The notes under the pieces were generated by a model. It had not been told where the DNA came from. It was given only the letters and a program-made list of their open reading frames with translations, and did no database searches. Below are positions 12,590 through 24,315 of a stretch of 64,000 nucleotides of DNA, piece by piece. The stretch comes from Camelus dromedarius (lineage: Eukaryota), in assembly GCF_036321535.1 (NCBI RefSeq), contig NC_087437.1:106268001-106332000 (forward strand), written 5' to 3'. How positions within the stretch are numbered: position 1 is the stretch's first letter; each line of letters begins with the position of its first letter. The translations under genes were made by a program, and so were the position numbers.

Positions 12590-12757
12590 TTGCTTTTTTT
12601 TCTTTTTTTTTTTCTTTAATTTCTTTTTATAAGTTTTTAATTTGTTTATTTTGTGGGGAGGAGGTAATTAGGTTTATTTTTAGAGGAGGTACTGGGGATT
12701 GAACACAGGACCTTGTGCATGTTAAGCATTGCTCTACCACTTGAGCTCTACCCTCCC
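12590..12757 (-). mobile_element. tRNA-derived SINE (camelid Vic-1-like)
   Basis: Poly-T tail, then taattaggtttatttttagaggaggtactggggattgaacacaggacc...gagctctaccctccc. Reverse-strand B and A boxes are recognisable. Confidence 0.9.
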
Positions 12758-14486
12758 TGCCGGATAGACGCTTTTCTAACTTTCCAGAACTCCTTCTGCT
12801 GTTTCTGACTTGTATTAAAAAGTAGAGCCTCTTGCTTTCTCGGTTCCTGCCTGTCCCTTACTCCACTTGTATCTGGACCTCCTCTTTCCCTGTCCCTTTC
12901 CCAGGTGTTCCTATACTGCTCAACTTCGATTTCCCTCCCACCAGTTTCTGCTAATTGTGTTCCCCTCTCCTGGAAGTGATCTTGGCTTAGTTTGAAAAGC
13001 TCACAAGTACATGGTTCCAGCCCCTTTACAGCTACTATGGACTCAGTACTCCACTGCTGCTGTGTTGGGCTAACCTACTTTGAGCTGCTCCTTTCAGCTT
13101 GGCCTGTTGTGCTTTCAAGCAATACTTCCTGGCTGTGTTGAGGTTTCCCAGGCCCAGGATGGAGAATGCGTCAGATGTCCCTTTGTTTTCCTCTTCGCTC
13201 TCTCCTGTTTAGATGCTGATACTCACAGCTCTTGTGGCTGTTACTGCTGTGTCTTTACCTGTGTGTATTTTGGGTTCCATGGAGATCCCACATCACCTGA
13301 TTTATTGTAAATGTCCATGGATTTCTGGTTTTGCTCTCTAGTTGTTGTTAGTGTTTTGTTTTTTTTAATGTGTGCATTCAGGGAAATTAAAAAAAAATTG
13401 CTGCCATCTTCAGAATCCTCCCCCCTTAACTTCTTTGTGAAAAAAATCAAATAAAAAAATCAGTTCTGTGGCTGTCAATTCTGTCTAATTATATTTGATT
13501 CATTTTTCCTGTAAATTGGCTCTTGATAAGTACCTGAAAGTTATTTTTCCCACCTGTTTTCTTACTGAATAACATGTATCTTGGGAGTGTATAACCAGTT
13601 ATTTGGACAGATTATCTTCTCCAAGCAGAAGTACCTATACCAAAATGAATTCAGTTAGTATTTATTAAAGTTCTGTGAGTAGAATGCACTGTTAGGTTCC
13701 AGGGACACAATAATATTTATACATGTTGGCCATCTTTTTCGTTTGTGAATTCATTTGATAGTAAAAAAAATAATGAAGAAAATGAAACTATTTGGATTCA
13801 TCTTTTATATATTCAACAAATGTATGCACTGTGGTAAGCTCTGAAGATACAATCCTCATATTTAAAACAGTCCTTATAATCCACAGGCTTATAAGACACA
13901 GTCCTTGTATTTAAGACCTAAAGATTTTATAGGGGAAAGACAGTTGAGTAAATGTACGAGTAGCTTATTGTAAGTGCCACCAAACGGGTAAGTGAAGGAG
14001 CAACTAGCTTTTTATAAGAAGCAGAAGTGAGGAAAGATTACATTGTTTATATTCTGGAATAAGTCTAGCTCCTCAGAAACCCCTTATAGTTTTTTTCAGT
14101 GCATCATATATACAGTACCACAAAATAATTTTTAAAACTTGAATAACTTATTCCATTTTCTCTAGGATTAATTATGTATTTTATTCTTGCATTTGGCCCA
14201 CTGGAGGGCAGTTTTGCATTTTGTTTTTCTTGATAAAATTCTAGACTAACTGATAGAAACAAATGAATCCATCAAAAATTTAGATTAAGAAATTGAAAAG
14301 GAGCTAAGGAGAAAATAGAGCATAAAAATCTTTTTAGTTCATATAATGAATTTATTTACTTCACTTACTTGGGAGTTAAAAAAACCTGTTGGGTTTTATC
14401 TATGTGTGTGTGTTGACAAGTTAACTGTAAGTTTATATAATATTTAAGATGCAATTGGACCAATCATAGTATTTTTCTCTTTATAG

Positions 14487-14681
14487 ATCCCATACAGTGG
14501 TCCACAGACCAAGTCCTGCATTGGGTGGTTTGGGTAATGAAGGAATTCAGCATGACCGACATCGACCTCGCTACGCTGAATATTTCTGGAAGAGAACTAT
14601 GTAGCCTCAACCAAGAAGATTTTTTTCAGCGGGTCCCTCGGGGAGAAATTCTCTGGAGTCATCTGGAACTTCTTCGAAAAT
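14487..14681 (+). CDS. GABPA: GABPA exon 6 (195 nt), PNT/SAM domain: (D)PIQWSTDQVLHWVVWVMKEFSMTDIDLATLNISGRELCSLNQEDFFQRVPRGEILWSHLELLRK(Y)
   Basis: Acceptor tttatag. Donor AAT|GTACAA is weak but is the position required to give ...LRKYVLAS with exon 7. Confidence 0.96.
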
Positions 14682-14779
14682 GTACAAAATTGAAATTATT
14701 ATCTATTTGCATTGTAACCTAAGTGTAATTGAATTTCTTTATAACTTTGTTTTCATCTTGTTCATTGATAATAGCAATA

Positions 14780-14990
14780 ATAACTAACATGTATTGACTG
14801 TGTGAGGCTGCGCTGAGGGCTTTGTATGTATTATTTAGTCCTGTACTAATGCCACAGAGCATTACTTCCCTTATTTTTTTAGATAAGAAACTGAGGCTTA
14901 GAAAGCCCTCACAGTGTTATAGGACTAGGGAGTGGCAGAGCCGGGATTCAAACCCAAGCTGACCAACACTGGAATCCGAGTTCTTAAGTA
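14780..14990 (+). mobile_element. MIR SINE
   Basis: agataagaaactgaggcttagaaag...gtggcagagccgggattcaaacccaag. Confidence 0.85.
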
Positions 14991-17004
14991 AGATTCTGTG
15001 CCCCTGCACTTATACTCTGCTTGTTGACTTTTGTTTCATCAGCCAGTTCTTCCATTTATGCTCATCTTCTAGAAATTTAAGATTATCTATTCACGGATGG
15101 CTTCCCTCTCATTGTCTTCATTACTGGGGTTAATTCTTTTAAAATATCTTTTAATTGAATGGATCTTAAGGGAAAAGGGGAAAGTGTAAGTATGCAGCCG
15201 ACCATCTTGAATTGGAGGTTATCATGTTCCCGTGTTGCTCCACAGACATTCTTAAAATGATTAAGTGACTAGAGAAATTAGAAACCACTTGACTGTCCAA
15301 CAGAAAGAGTTCAAATATGAGTTATTTTCTTTGAGTTTTAATCTGTCTTAAATTTCAATGACTGTTAAAGTATCCTAACAGTGACCCACTTCCTAACACT
15401 ATTACATAAATCAGCTGTGCTAGCCAAGTTCGCATGTTTTTAAGAAAGTGTAAACAGGACACTGTTCTTCTAATGGTTATGGATAAAGATGTAACTGGTA
15501 GCGTTTTCTCTGCTGTGTACCGATGAGGGGACAGCTCTGGTGGAGGGATTTTTCACAGTCGTTGATCCAGGGTGCATTCTCTGCTGTTGAGTAAGAAATG
15601 AGCTCTGTGGAGAGGCTTTACTTCATTGTTTTTATTGGTAGTATCTCTCTTGTGTTGGTTCTCTGAAATATTAGGAGGGAAGAAGTATCTGAAAAAATTA
15701 TTACAATCATTCCATTTACAGGGTTTATTTCCAGTTTCAGTTCCTGTTAGATAGCAGGTTGAATGTTGTGGTTGAAGGTTGGTTTGTCCTTGGCTTCACA
15801 GGTTTTCTTCTTTGCAGAACTTCTCAGATGAGGAATGTAAACTGAATTGTTTCAGATTCTTAACATCAGTCACGTTTACTGAAACATTTTCTTATAGGAA
15901 CTCTCAAGAATAGAACAAGGACAGTGTTTAGACTACAGTTCAGTTTTTCTCAAATCCATGGTATTCTCTGTCTCTCCCAGGCCAGCAGTTTGTCGGTTGT
16001 CTCTTTCTGGTTCTCCTGGTGCTTCTCAAGCGTTAAAGCTCATTCAGAGACCTTTCCTGCACAGGGGGCGGAGGAACCTTGTGTATCGTTCCACGTCCTT
16101 GCAGTAGAATGGGTCTTCTTCAAGAATGCTCTGCCCTGGAATTGTCTTGTGTTCAGAAGTAACAAAGCCCCAGAGCTAGATGAGTATCTCCGGGAGCTCC
16201 TTGCTTATCTGACCGTGGGTCTTTGCTCTGCCTGGCAAGGAAGTCCCATCTGGTGTGGGAATCCAGTGCTCAGTTCAGACTTTGGGAGCGGGTAGGCTGG
16301 TGTGTAAGGCTGTTTCTGACAGACTTTCTCTAATTCTCAAGTCTTAACTTTCTCAGACAGGCTCCTATGAGCACAGTCTGCGTCTCTGGCCCCTCTTGTA
16401 GAATGAAGTCTACAACATATTTCTGAAAGTCATTTATTAAGCCAGCATCTGTTGTCTGTTCCTCAGTGATCTAGCAGGGAGAAGCAGTCCTGAGCAGATA
16501 GTGCTCTATCTCTAGGTATCTCCCAGGGCTTTGCCTCTTGGGTTCTGCTGCCCTTGTGCGTGGCTGGGCTGTGAGGGCTACAAAGGAGCATGATGTTTAG
16601 AGGGGCCTATATGGTCTTGGGCCAACCTTTCAAAAAGCCCTCTCATTCTGTGTTCTGCCTTCCATCTGGAGAGTTCCCAGGAAACAAACCAAACTCCATT
16701 CTGAAAATCAGGGCTGAGAAGCTGATCTTACAGGTTGGTAACACCTGTGCTGTGTGGTGAGGACTTGCTCTTGCCTCTTTTTTGGCTAGGGCACTGTGTT
16801 CATTTACAGTCACGAATGGAACAGTTTCATTTTCAATAGCACTTTGCCTCTTCAGGACACTCTTATAAAATTTTGGGAGAAATGTGTCACAAATATAAAG
16901 CATGGATTTTTCTTCAAGAGGGAGAAGTGTTCTTGGGAAGACTGCTCAGAACTAGGAATCTGGGTAAAAGAGTAGTGTCTTTAATATACTGGAAAGTTAA
17001 CTGT

Positions 17005-17180
17005 GTTTTAGGCATTGTGCCTCTTAAAAACATTTCCCTTTAATCCTCACAACAATCTCGTGAAGTGGTAGATGAGGGTATCTCATTTAAAAATGAGGAA
17101 ATCAGTGTTCAAGTTGGTTGAATAGTTTTCCTTAGTCAGCACAGCCAGTGAGTGCTAAGATCATAACCCAGATCTGTCTG
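17005..17180 (+). mobile_element. MIR SINE
   Basis: tttaatcctcacaacaatctcgtgaagt...aaatgaggaaatcag...cacagccagtgagtg. Confidence 0.8.
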
Positions 17181-18046
17181 AGGGTAGTCCTATACAGTTG
17201 TTTAAATTCCTAAACTCAAGACCCCCAGGTAGAACTGTGGTGGGAGCCCAGGCCCCAGGACTCACTCAGTACACAGATGACTGCTGGGTACAGTTTCAGT
17301 TCAAGAGAGAAGCATCCAGTCTGTGATGGGCACTAAACAGACTGAAGGATATAGACTGGGAAGTGTAACTTGTCCAAGAGGTAAAGAGTAGGGAACAGCA
17401 ACAGATGAGTAATGAAAGGTTCTCCGAAGAGTTGTTAGGGCCTTTTACACTGTAACTCTTATGCTGAGAGCTGTATTTGTAGACTTGTTAACTTATTTAG
17501 TTCAGATGTGACATTGAGGACAGCTAGTTTTAATGAAAATTTAGCTATCTTTTAGAAGAAGCATTATAAAGTTCAAACAGTTTTATTCAAAAACATGTTA
17601 GATCAGTAAATTATGATGATCTCTCCAATCATTTTGAGGGAGACTTTTTGATGAAGAATGTATATCTAAATAATTTCAGTGTGGTGTATATTCTCATCTT
17701 TGATCTGATCTTGAAGGTTTCCTGTTTTACATGATTTTGTGTAGATAAAAAATAGATTTAGATATAGATATTTACATTTAGTTCTTTGAATAACTTTCCT
17801 GAACCTTAAAAGAAATTGGAGCTTTCCCTCTGTTACTTCTCTTAAAAATATCTTTTCTGTATAAAATGACTATCAAGTATTTTTTAGGTTATTATGCCAA
17901 TAAGTTTCAATTGTTTGATATTTTGGGTTTTTTTATTTGTTTGGTTTTTAATTGTGATATTTCTTTTATTAAGTTAAATTTTACTGGATTGGGGTTTGCA
18001 TTTCTGGTTTTAAATGAAAATAAAAGTTTTTATGTTTGTTCTTCAG

Positions 18047-18100
18047 ATGTATTGGCAAGCCAAGAACAACAGATGAATGAGATAGTTACAATTGATCAAC
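18047..18100 (+). CDS. GABPA: GABPA exon 7 (54 nt): (Y)VLASQEQQMNEIVTIDQ(P)
   Basis: Acceptor gttcttcag, donor AAC|GTGAGT. Confidence 0.97.
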
Positions 18101-18299
18101 GTGAGTATTCTTGTGCCCATAATATATGGCTCTTTTATCAATAAGAAATGTTTTCTTTATTTAGTACTGCAAGATAGTAAAAAAAAAAAAAAGATTTTTA
18201 AATTTTATATGAAGTACTTTAGATACACAAAGAAATAAAGTATAGCCAACATCTATGTACACTATAAGAGAGAAAACTTTATATATCTTCCTGTTGTAG

Positions 18300-18740
18300 A
18301 TCCATTTTAAATGTCCTGAACTTGATGTTTATTATTCTGTGCATATTTTATATTTTTACCAACTGTGTAACCATGAACACTTTATAGCATTGTTTAACAT
18401 ATTTTTATATTTTTGGGGTAAAATAATAATTGCATATCCTTTTATAACTTGCTTTTTTGTTTAACATTTATGAGACCCATGTTAATACATACAGCTCGAT
18501 TCTATTCATTTTTACTGCTGTGTATACTATTCTTAAAACTTTGTGAATGTCATTAAATGAGTACTTGTAAGAATGTGTGTAAGATTCTCTGGTTGTAATA
18601 TCATAGAGTTTCTACCCTTTCGACCTTACTAGGTATTACCAAAGTTTTTCTCAAGTGGTGTATTTGTACTCTTATCAACAGTGGAATATGAATTCTCATT
18701 TGTCCACATTCTCCAAAATTTGATAGACCATATTTTATGA
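18300..18740 (-). mobile_element. Degraded L1ME-like fragment, antisense
   Basis: ctattcatttttactgctgtgt...ttctcaagtggtgta...ctcatttgtccacattctcc. Confidence 0.6.
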
Positions 18741-19012
18741 ACAAGTATTTTTTAAAAATAAATGTTTTTATAACTTTATCAAATATATATTCATCACTAA
18801 GTTTTTCTAAAATAAGGAGACCACCTTTTATTCACTGAGTTAAGGTTCATAAACTGTAATGCAAACATTATACCTTATCCCCTAAACTTTTGTTGAGGTA
18901 ATTAGAAGGGCATTAGTTAAACTAATTGTGTTTTATTTCTTTCAGCAATTTCTTTTCACTGCTTGTATTGGAAGGAGAAAAAATGATTTTTTTCCCTTGT
19001 CTTTCTTTGCAG

Positions 19013-19153
19013 CTGTGCAAATTATTCCAGCATCAGTGCAGTCGGCTACACCAACTGCCATTAAAGCTATAAACAGTAGTGCAAAGGCAGCTAAAGTACA
19101 GAGAGCTCCAAGGATTTCAGGGGAAGATCGAAGTTCTCCTGGGAACAGGACAG
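19013..19153 (+). CDS. GABPA: GABPA exon 8 (141 nt): (P)VQIIPASVQSATPTAIKAINSSAKAAKVQRAPRISGEDRSSPGNRT(G)
   Basis: Acceptor ctttctttgcag, donor CAG|GTATTT. Confidence 0.98.
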
Positions 19154-19383
19154 GTATTTGTGCATTATCATCTGATATTTGTTACATATGTTTTGTTTTA
19201 TTTTGCTGCATAAAAAAATGTAAATATGGACTGTTACTCTGGCAGTGCTTACATGGCATTTGTAACAAACATCTGTGTTTTGAGTGTGGCTGAGAGATGA
19301 CCCAGAGACCCTGTGTTTGCCTTTGACCTTCTGTTCATCCATAGCACTGTGGTCAGTACCTGTCATTCTTGTCAATTGTTTAG

Positions 19384-19576
19384 GAAACAACGGCCNNNNN
19401 NNNNNNNNNNNNNNNNNNNNNNNNNNNNNNNNNNNNNNNNNNNNNNNNNNNNNNNNNNNNNNNNNNNNNNNNNNNNNNNNNNNNNNNNNNNNNNNNNNNN
19501 NNNNNNNNNNNNNNNNNNNNNNNNNNNNNNNNNATAAACCTACAATGAACTATGAGAAACTTAGTCGTGCGTTAAG
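19384..19576 (+). CDS. GABPA: GABPA exon 9 (193 nt), N-terminal ETS domain: (G)NNG...KPTMNYEKLSRAL(R). The middle is masked by 138 N.
   Basis: Acceptor tttag, donor AAG|GTAAGC. Visible ends match the ETS domain including the YEKLSRALR recognition helix, and the frame is preserved across the gap. Confidence 0.95.
19396..19533. other. Sequence gap (138 N) inside exon 9
   Basis: Directly visible. Confidence 1.
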
Positions 19577-20769
19577 GTAAGCATTTATTACTTTCTTTTT
19601 TCAAGTATCATACGTTCGTTAAAATGGCTTCTTTTTCTAGGCATAATCGTTGTTCTGGAATGATGTTAAAATATTTGACTTGTTTATAAATGTTGTTTCC
19701 AACTTTTTTTTGCTAAAATTTTTTACACTTATGTTAAAAATTACTTCTTCAAAAGATTTTTAGTAGTAATTTGAGGTACACAAAATCTTTTTAATGATTC
19801 TAAGATTACTTGTTTTTATCTGATTTAAAAGCTTATACTACCATGTTTAAAGCCAACATATTTAATCTTTGAGGTTTGTGTTATGTACGTAACAGAAATG
19901 CTGTCATTTGGCACAGGTGAATTGAGTGAGTGTAAATTCTAGCAAATACACAGATTTTGTCAGTTTTTATAATTGCAAAATATTAACCCATTTCCCTGTT
20001 TTTTCTTCTTCTACAATCTGCCTAAATTTGAATATCCAACCTTTATATCGGTTGAGTTGGAATAGAATAATTATTGGTAATTTCTCATAGTGGTGTGAAA
20101 TTTTTTGACATAATTACTGTCAGAAGTTATGCCTACTATAGTGATGGAAATTCAGTATGTGCACTTAAGCTTCTGAGAAGTAGAATATATAGGAATTGTG
20201 TCTATTTTTTGGAAGAGTTTGATAAGATTTCATAAGACAGTTCTGTACTGTATTTCTAAATAACATGCTTTTACTGCTGCCTCGTGTTTCACTTGAGGAA
20301 ATTCATTGTGAATTTCACACTGAGAGATCATGATTTACCTCTCATCATGACACACACAAACACACTTTCCATCTCTTCATCCCAGTTTAATTATATAATT
20401 ATATAGTTATGCAGAAGTGTTGGTTAGAACAGTGTTCACTGTTACAGGATCATGGCCGTGTAAGTACGATAACATAGTTTATCATGATCATTTTCCTTTT
20501 CCAGAGTGACCATGTGTTTTTCTTAGCATACATAAATAACTAATGCTTTATTTTCAATGTGCTTATCACTTATTCAATCTCAAACACTTTGCCAGCTGTC
20601 TAAAGATCCTTTCAATATAATCAGAATTAAAACTGTCGTTTTTGACAGTTGATGTAATTGTGTACATTCAAGCCCCCTCAAAATTACAGATGAATTATTA
20701 GAGTTAATAATTAAGATGTCACTTTTCCCTAGATTGGCCTAAATTTCAGTGCAGTAAGTTCCTGAATAA

Positions 20770-22160
20770 GTTTTTTCATAGAACTTGACAAGATAATTAT
20801 AAAATTTATAGAGGAATATAAAGTATCACAATAACCAGGACACCTGAAGAAGATAAAGTGGGAAGACTTGCTTTACAGGATATTGAAACTCACTGTAAAG
20901 CTACTACAGTAAGACAGTGTGCTATTTGCTTAGGATGGACAAATAGACCACAAATTAGATAGTCCAAATAGAACCAAGAATATAGGGACATTTGACTTAA
21001 AGATGGCAGTGGGGAGAAGACCTACTTTTCAATCAGTAGTGCTGGGACAGTTGACTGTCCATATTGACCCCTTCCTCATAGCATACTAAGAATCGTCCCA
21101 TGTAGCTTATGTGAAAAGTGGTAACAGGAAAGCTTCTAGAGATACCTGCATGACTTTGGTAGGTGAGAAGAAGACTTTAAACTGAAGCAAAAGCACTAAC
21201 CTAATGGAAAAGATAAATAAACTGGACTACATTTAAATTAAAAACTTCTGGTCATCAGAAGCAGCCATCAAGAGATTGAAAGGCAAGCCATACATACCAG
21301 ACGTAAGACTGATCTGGGATATCTAAAGAACTCTTACAGAGCCGTAGGAGAATTAGAAAAGATGGGCAAGAGACACTTAGTAGACAATTTTAGAGATCAT
21401 CTAAATGACCAGTGGATATATGCACTAGTGCACAATCTCATTAGTGATCAGGGAAATGAATTTTAAAACCACAATGTAATGGCACAGTACACATCCCAGA
21501 ATGGCTAAAATCAAAGTAATTGCCGGTACCAAGTGTTGGTGACATGGAGCAGTTCGAATGCTTCTACACTTTTGATAGGAATGTAATCTGTGACCAGTAA
21601 TCCAGGTTTTTCTCTTCTGAGTGTTAGCAAACAAAAATGTACACATATGTCCACATGCATGCTCACTGCAGCATTATCTGTAACATCCCCAAAGTGGAAA
21701 CTACCCAAATGTCTATCAAGAGTAGAGTGAATAAATAAACTGTGCTATACAGGAGAATACAGTGTACCCATGAACGTGGACTTATGTGGGTGAACCTCAC
21801 AATCATAATGTTCAGTGAAAAATTCCAGAGACAAAAGAGTGTAACTGTATGAATGCATTTATATAGTGGAGTTAAAAAACCAAGAAGACTAGATTACAGC
21901 ATTTATGGATGCATATTTGGGTGATAAGAGTATGAAAAAGAGCAATGAACTCATTATCATGAAAGGATCGTGTTAACGTTTTAGAGCAAGGGAGGGGTGA
22001 TGATTGGGAGGGGCCGTGGAGGGGTTCTGGGGTGCTGGCAGTGTTCTGTTTCCTGACCTCAGTCATAGTTAACAGGTGAATATTCACTTTGTAATAAATC
22101 ACTGAGCTGTTCACTTTATGTCCTTTCTGTTTGTGATTTTGCAATTTAAAAGGTTTTTAA
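20770..22160 (+). mobile_element. Old L1 (L1MC/L1ME-like), ORF2 C-terminal part and 3' UTR, in intron 9
   Basis: agaacttgacaag...attaaaaacttctg...cagggaaatgaattttaaaaccacaatg...gaatggctaaaat...actacccaaatgtctatca...ggggtgctggcagtgttctgtttcctgacct. Confidence 0.9.
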
Positions 22161-23354
22161 AAATACAGGTTTTTTTTAAAAAAGAGGGAAGAAATCATGT
22201 TCATGAAAACATAGGTATTGTGGACCTTTCTACTTTCTTCATTTTAGAGGGGACAGTTGCAGTGAGTGCTGTTACATGCTGTCGTATGATACATCTGCTA
22301 GATTGAAGGAAGGATTAAGTAAACTTGTGTTAATCAAAATTAAAACTTAGGTGTGTGTGTTTTTTATAACATCTTACCAAAAAACAAGATTATACCAATT
22401 CCATTCTCCTCCTAGAAATATGAAACCACTTTCCTTCTTCATTTTCCCTTTTTCCCAAGTGTCCGGTAACAGCCTTACATATTATGTAGAAATTTTCCTA
22501 AGAAATTGAAATGCCTGCAGCATTTTTACCGGATGACAAGCAGTTGGTGGTTTGTGGGTTGAGATCTAAATTCTGTATTAATGTAATTGTCAAAAAAGGA
22601 GACACAAGACTATGTTACATCTCTTACTGGGAAGGTGAGCATAACCATTATACTTCAGTTGTTCTAGAATTAAGGAAAGGTGGCATAATTTCTTACATGT
22701 AGTCTTTTCATTAATGGATTTTGGGTTAAAATGAGTGACTTTTATAATAAAAGTCTGCTAAATGTGGTAGGTTATATTACTGGTACTTTTGAAAATAGTT
22801 GTTTCTTTTGTAACAGCACTTTGTCAAATGGGTGCAAATGGGCAGTGCAGTTTTACAATAAAAGCTTCACAATCTGCCAGCCCAGAAAGGTATCTTTTTT
22901 TCCCTACTTTTGGAATTGGCCATGCGTAGAGGTAAATAAAGTCTGTTTTCCAGAGTAAGTATAAATCCAGTTCCGTTTCTATCGCCATAGAAAGCAGCAG
23001 TAAACCAGACGTCTGTGGAGTGCTTTCCTCAGATGAACCTGTGTAGGTTTAGAAGCATTGTTTCTTTATGATGTCTTCTCTCCTGTTTTTCCTCTCTCTC
23101 TCTTTTTTTTTTTTTTTTTTAAGCCCTTTTGCTTATACTTTTGAGGCTCCCTATTGGTTTGGAGAATTTCTCTGGAAGGAAAGTCTTTACATATTAAAAT
23201 GATAAAGGTGAAGGCATGGCTACATAATAAAGGATTTTGTACAAGACAGAGAAGAAGTGGACATTCCAACAACCCAAAGAATATGTGTATTAAATTTTTC
23301 TTCATATCTATGTGGATTCTTAGTTACCAACATGGTTTCTATTTTGTAGAGGGC

Positions 23355-23570
23355 TATATGTGCCAGTCATTGTGTGCTAATATGCACTTTACAAAGATAA
23401 TCCTTTTAATCTTCAGCAATTCTATGAGGGTTAGTACTGTTTTAACCTCACCTTTTAAATGAGAAATAAAAGCTTAGAGAAAATGTGGCTTTCCCATGGT
23501 CACAAAGGGTGGTAAGTTGAGATGTTAGTTTTGAATCTTGGCGTTCTGATTCAAAGCTTGTATTCTCAGA
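23355..23570 (+). mobile_element. MIR SINE
   Basis: gtgccagtcattgtg...tttaatcttcagcaattctatgagg...tttcccatggtcacaaag...tctgattcaaagc. Confidence 0.75.
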
Positions 23571-23888
23571 TTCTATTACTACTTGCAGGGTTTTTTGTTT
23601 TGCTTAATGGTGTTTATTTTTAAATCAACGTTTTATCATAGTTGTTGAAGATAAACTTTGAAGATTTAGCATATAAAATTTTTGGAGTACTTAGCATTGA
23701 GAGTTTAGCTAATAATGCTTTGAAGTTTCCTCTGGTAGTAACACTGAAGTTATGTAGAAACATTTAATGTTAATTGCCCTTGTGATAGCTTTCATACTCT
23801 CCTAGGCTTCTGCTTATGGAATAGTCTAACACAAACAAATACTGCAAGAAGCCCACATATTTTTATATAGTCCTAGTGTGTTTTTCTC

Positions 23889-24070
23889 NNNNNNNNNNNN
23901 NNNNNNNNNNNNNNNNNNNNNNNNNNNNNNNNNNNNNNNNNNNNNNNNNNNNNNNNNNNNNNNNNNNNNNNNNNNNNNNNNNNNNNNNNNNNNNNNNNNN
24001 NNNNNNNNNNNNNNNNNNNNNNNNNNNNNNNNNNNNNNNNNNNNNNNNNNNNNNNNNNNNNNNNNNNNNN
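23889..24070. other. Sequence gap (182 N) over the exon 10 acceptor and most of its coding part
   Basis: Directly visible. Confidence 1.
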
Positions 24071-24126
24071 CAGTCACAGCAGTGGCCCTGGCTACTGCGT
24101 CTCTACAAACAGAAAAGGATAACTGA
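23898..24126 (+). CDS. GABPA: GABPA exon 10, coding part: ...PVTAVALATASLQTEKDN*. The 5' end lies in an N gap, so the start is inferred from the canonical 229-nt length.
   Basis: 24071-24126 translates to the GABPA C-terminus with TGA at 24124-24126. A pyrimidine tract (tttttctc) precedes the gap at 23889. Confidence 0.85.
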
Positions 24127-24165
24127 GCCCAGGACGTTCTGGGAGTCCAAGGTTTTTCTTAAATA

Positions 24166-24315
24166 NNNNNNNNNNNNNNNNNNNNNNNNNNNNNNNNNNN
24201 NNNNNNNNNNNNNNNNNNNNNNNNNNNNNNNNNNNNNNNNNNNNNNNNNNNNNNNNNNNNNNNNNNNNNNNNNNNNNNNNNNNNNNNNNNNNNNNNNNNN
24301 NNNNNNNNNNNNNNN
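24166..24315. other. Sequence gap (150 N) in the proximal 3' UTR
   Basis: Directly visible. Confidence 1.
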
